From: Tubulanus polymorphus | Lineage: Eukaryota; Animalia; Nemertea | DNA: 64,000 nt | Reading direction: 5' to 3' | Assembly: GCF_964204645.1 (NCBI RefSeq) | Contig: NC_134026.1 | Span: forward strand, 18,572,150 to 18,636,149 | Shown: piece after piece, positions 61,010 through 64,000 of the stretch | How the letters are laid out: each line of letters opens with the position of its first letter | Position numbering within the stretch: position 1 is the stretch's first letter | The notes under the pieces: generated by a model | What the model was told of the DNA's origin: nothing | Database searches by the model: none | Seen by the model: only the letters and a program-made list of their open reading frames with translations | Made by a program: the position numbers and the translations under genes

Positions 61010-63890
61010 TTAAGTTCATAGTCTTTGTTTTTCCAGAATTTATCAAGTCTAGCTTTGAAGGCTTCCATGGAAGGTGCATTGACTATATTCTCAGTCAGGG
61101 CATTCCAGTTGTTTACCACCCTTTGATTAAAAAAGTTTTTTTTAAAACTCTGAACTGGACCTAAATTATGTAAGTTTCAGACAGGCCTCGTAACTGTCTA
61201 CCGGTACATTTTGGCAATGAGGTATTCGTATCACATGTTATATAATCATGCATGTAACTGTACACCGTAATCATATCTCCTCGGTCTCTCCTATAGTTTA
61301 AGGAGTGTAGATTCAGGGACTTAAGTCTTTCTTCATAGCTTAAGTGACGTATCGATCGGACCATTTTGTCGCCCTTCTCTGAACCTTTTCTAATTCGTAT
61401 AACTCTTTTTTCAGGGCTGGTCTCCATACAGATCGCATATTCCAGGATAGGACGGACTAAAGATTTATACAATAATGTTAGTGTTGCTGCACCCAAAAAG
61501 GAGAATGATCTTTTTAAACATCCCAATATCCTATTAGCTTTGTTAACTGCCATAGCTCGGTGATCCTGGAAGTTTAAATGCTTGTCGGTCAGGAGCCCGA
61601 GATCGTTTTCGGTCTGGACACTTTTTATCTCCACCCTATTGCCACATTACAGCATCGAGTAAGTCGTCTCCAGAGACTGTGCATTTTTCTTGTTTACATG
61701 CATGACTGTGCACATGTCAGGGTTGAATTCCATAAGCCATGTATCCGCCCATTTGGAAAGGGCATCTAGATCATTTTGGAGTATAACTGTGTCACGCATG
61801 GTGTTTATTTCTTTATAGATCATGGAGTCATCAGCATACAATAGTACTTTGCTCATCACTTGTTCGGGAAGGTCGTTTATGTAAATAGTAAAAAGTAGTG
61901 GCCCTAACACGCTCCCTTGGGGAACACCACTGGTTACGGCTAGCTCAGAAGATTATGATTCGTTGATTTTAACAGCTTGGAGCCGATCCTGGAGGAAATT
62001 TCAAATCCAGTTTAACACATTCCCTTGAATCCCACATCGTTTTAACTTAAACATTAATCTTTTATGTGGCACCCTGTCAAAAGCCTTCTTAAAGTCAAGA
62101 TATACCGAGTCGATTTGTTTGCCTTTGTCCAGAGATTCTGTCCAGTCATTCAGTGTTTCTAACAGCTGCGAAACTGTGGACCTCCCTTTAATGAATCCAT
62201 GTTGAGAGAAGTAGTGACGATATAGTGCCTCACTCAAGCAGATGTTCCATGATATGGTCCCTGATTATCGATTCCATCATTTTACAGACGCAGCTAGTAA
62301 GACTAATAGGCCTATAATTTTCGGCCATGTTCCTTTTCCCTTTTTTGAATAATGGCTTTATATGGGCAAGTTTCCAAGCTGATGGCAATACTCCTTCTTA
62401 AAGCGATTTTCTGAAAAGGAGTGTCAAAGGTTTTACTAGTTTTGGGGCTGCCTCTTTCAAGATTCTCGGGTGTATATAATCAGGTCCTGGCGATTTATTT
62501 GTGCGCAAACCTTTAAGTTTCCTTAATACCATCTCCTCGGTGATACCAATATCTGGAACCTGAGTATCCGAGGTATTAGCACACCCGCTGTTATCAAATG
62601 GGTCCTCTCTCGAGAAATCACTTCCAAGGAATTTATTAAATAACTCGGCTTTTTGATGATCCCTTTTAGTCTCGTCCGTCAAGTACGAGATGTTTGGAAT
62701 ATCTTTTTTCTCTGACCCTTTTGAATTACAGTATTTCCAAAAAGCCTTTGGATTTTCTTTTGATTCAACCGCGTCTTTTTTCAAAATTCTGTTTAGCTTT
62801 TCTCGTTGCACTTTTGGCCTCGTTGCAAGCACTTTTATATAGTTCATAGTCATCAGGGTTATGAGTTTTAAGTTATCTGCTCCACATTTTGTGTTTTTTC
62901 TTGACTTTTAACTTTGTTCCGATGTCCATCCAAAGAGGAGATTTTGATTTCCATTTACTAGTACAATAATGGTACGCAGATACCTTCGGCCTGTGTGATT
63001 TTTGAATGTAAACTCTCCCAGCATGATTGTACAGAAACTTCGTCCTCTTCCCAGTGGTCATTGGATAATGAAGTACCTAGGCATTCCCGTAATGTGTTGT
63101 AGTCGCCTCTGTTATAGTTTCTATGCTGCCGTCGAGTAGTTGAATTTACTCTGATAAGCGTTTTCACTGTGAACAAAAGACACAAATGATCACTATTCCC
63201 TAATGATGCCAAATATCCAATGTCATCAATTACCTCTGGGGTATTGGAAAAAATAAAGTCTAAAACGTTCTGCCGCTGGCCCATTCTAACTCTGGTCGAT
63301 TGCGTCACGTATTGGAAGAAATGTGCATCGTGAACGCTATCGAGAAACTTTGTTGAGGGATGTTCGTCGGAGGTTGTACTGGTCATGTTGTTCCAATTTA
63401 TTTCAGGATAGTTGAAATCCCCACAGAAAATGATCTCCTTCCCTGTTATTTTCGCAAGGGATTCTATCGTTGTTGGTAACAGGTCATTGTTAATCATTGG
63501 GCTGTTTGGGCTACGATAAATGCATCCCAGTAGTATTGGTTTTGATTTCTTTGTGCCTCCAATTTCTATCCAGACCATTTCTGTAAATTGACCTTGCATA
63601 TTAACAACATTATCTTCAGGTGAGCGTGGATTTAATTCCTTCTTTACATAAATAGCTATCCCTCGACCTCCTTCCTTGTTTTCTATGTTTGTATAAATCT
63701 CGAAATCTTCACTTCCATTGAAATTTAAATGTTGCTTAATTGACCGGAAACTTGAGAACTTTGGTTTTACTTCGGTCAATGCCATAATATCCGGCTTTAC
63801 TGATTCGACTAGATAGCTTAGCTCAGCCTTCTTATTCATAAGAGAGTCAACATTCGACTAAATACATTTCAGCTCACACTGGCACTTTGA
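61010..63890 (-). mobile_element. CR1-clade LINE ORF2 (APE + RT), degenerate
   Basis: PDIMALTE, GCIYRSPNS, GDFNYPEINW, SDH; KSPGPDYIHPRILKE, NYRPISLTS, QHGF, YLDFKKAFDRVPH, SGVPQGSVLGPLLF, YADDS, RRDRGDMI, RVVNNWNAL. Confidence 0.95.
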
Positions 63891-64000
63891 ATGGTAACTA
63901 TTTTCATTGTTTGTATTTTGATTCCGTGTAGGTTCGTCAAAGACATTTTTCACGTCAAATTTTTGAGAATTTGCAATTTTTTCATTACTGTTACTGAGAC

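Overview
Eukaryotic, AT-rich DNA, probably from an invertebrate animal: it has spliceosomal GT-AG introns and animal-type transposon families. Almost the whole window is a nested pile of decayed transposable elements: Helitron, Gypsy (PNMA-type gag), ISL2EU (THAP-DDE plus YqaJ), DIRS/Ngaro with an SGNH hydrolase, Penelope, three LINEs, a full-length Academ with ~0.9-kb TIRs, three BEL/Pao remnants, a Sola-like non-autonomous element, EnSpm/CACTA, a full-length hAT with a 6-bp TSD plus its deletion derivative, IS3EU remnants and MITEs. The most striking global signal is orientation: all 10 retroelement remnants and 6 of 7 single-gene DNA transposons lie on the minus strand. That is the pattern expected of a uni-strand (flamenco-like) piRNA cluster, or of a large intron of a plus-strand gene. 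One non-TE-looking spliced plus-strand gene (11463-12973) has an open frame and a possible PD-(D/E)XK nuclease motif. Family assignments come from motifs recognised by eye; no database search was run.
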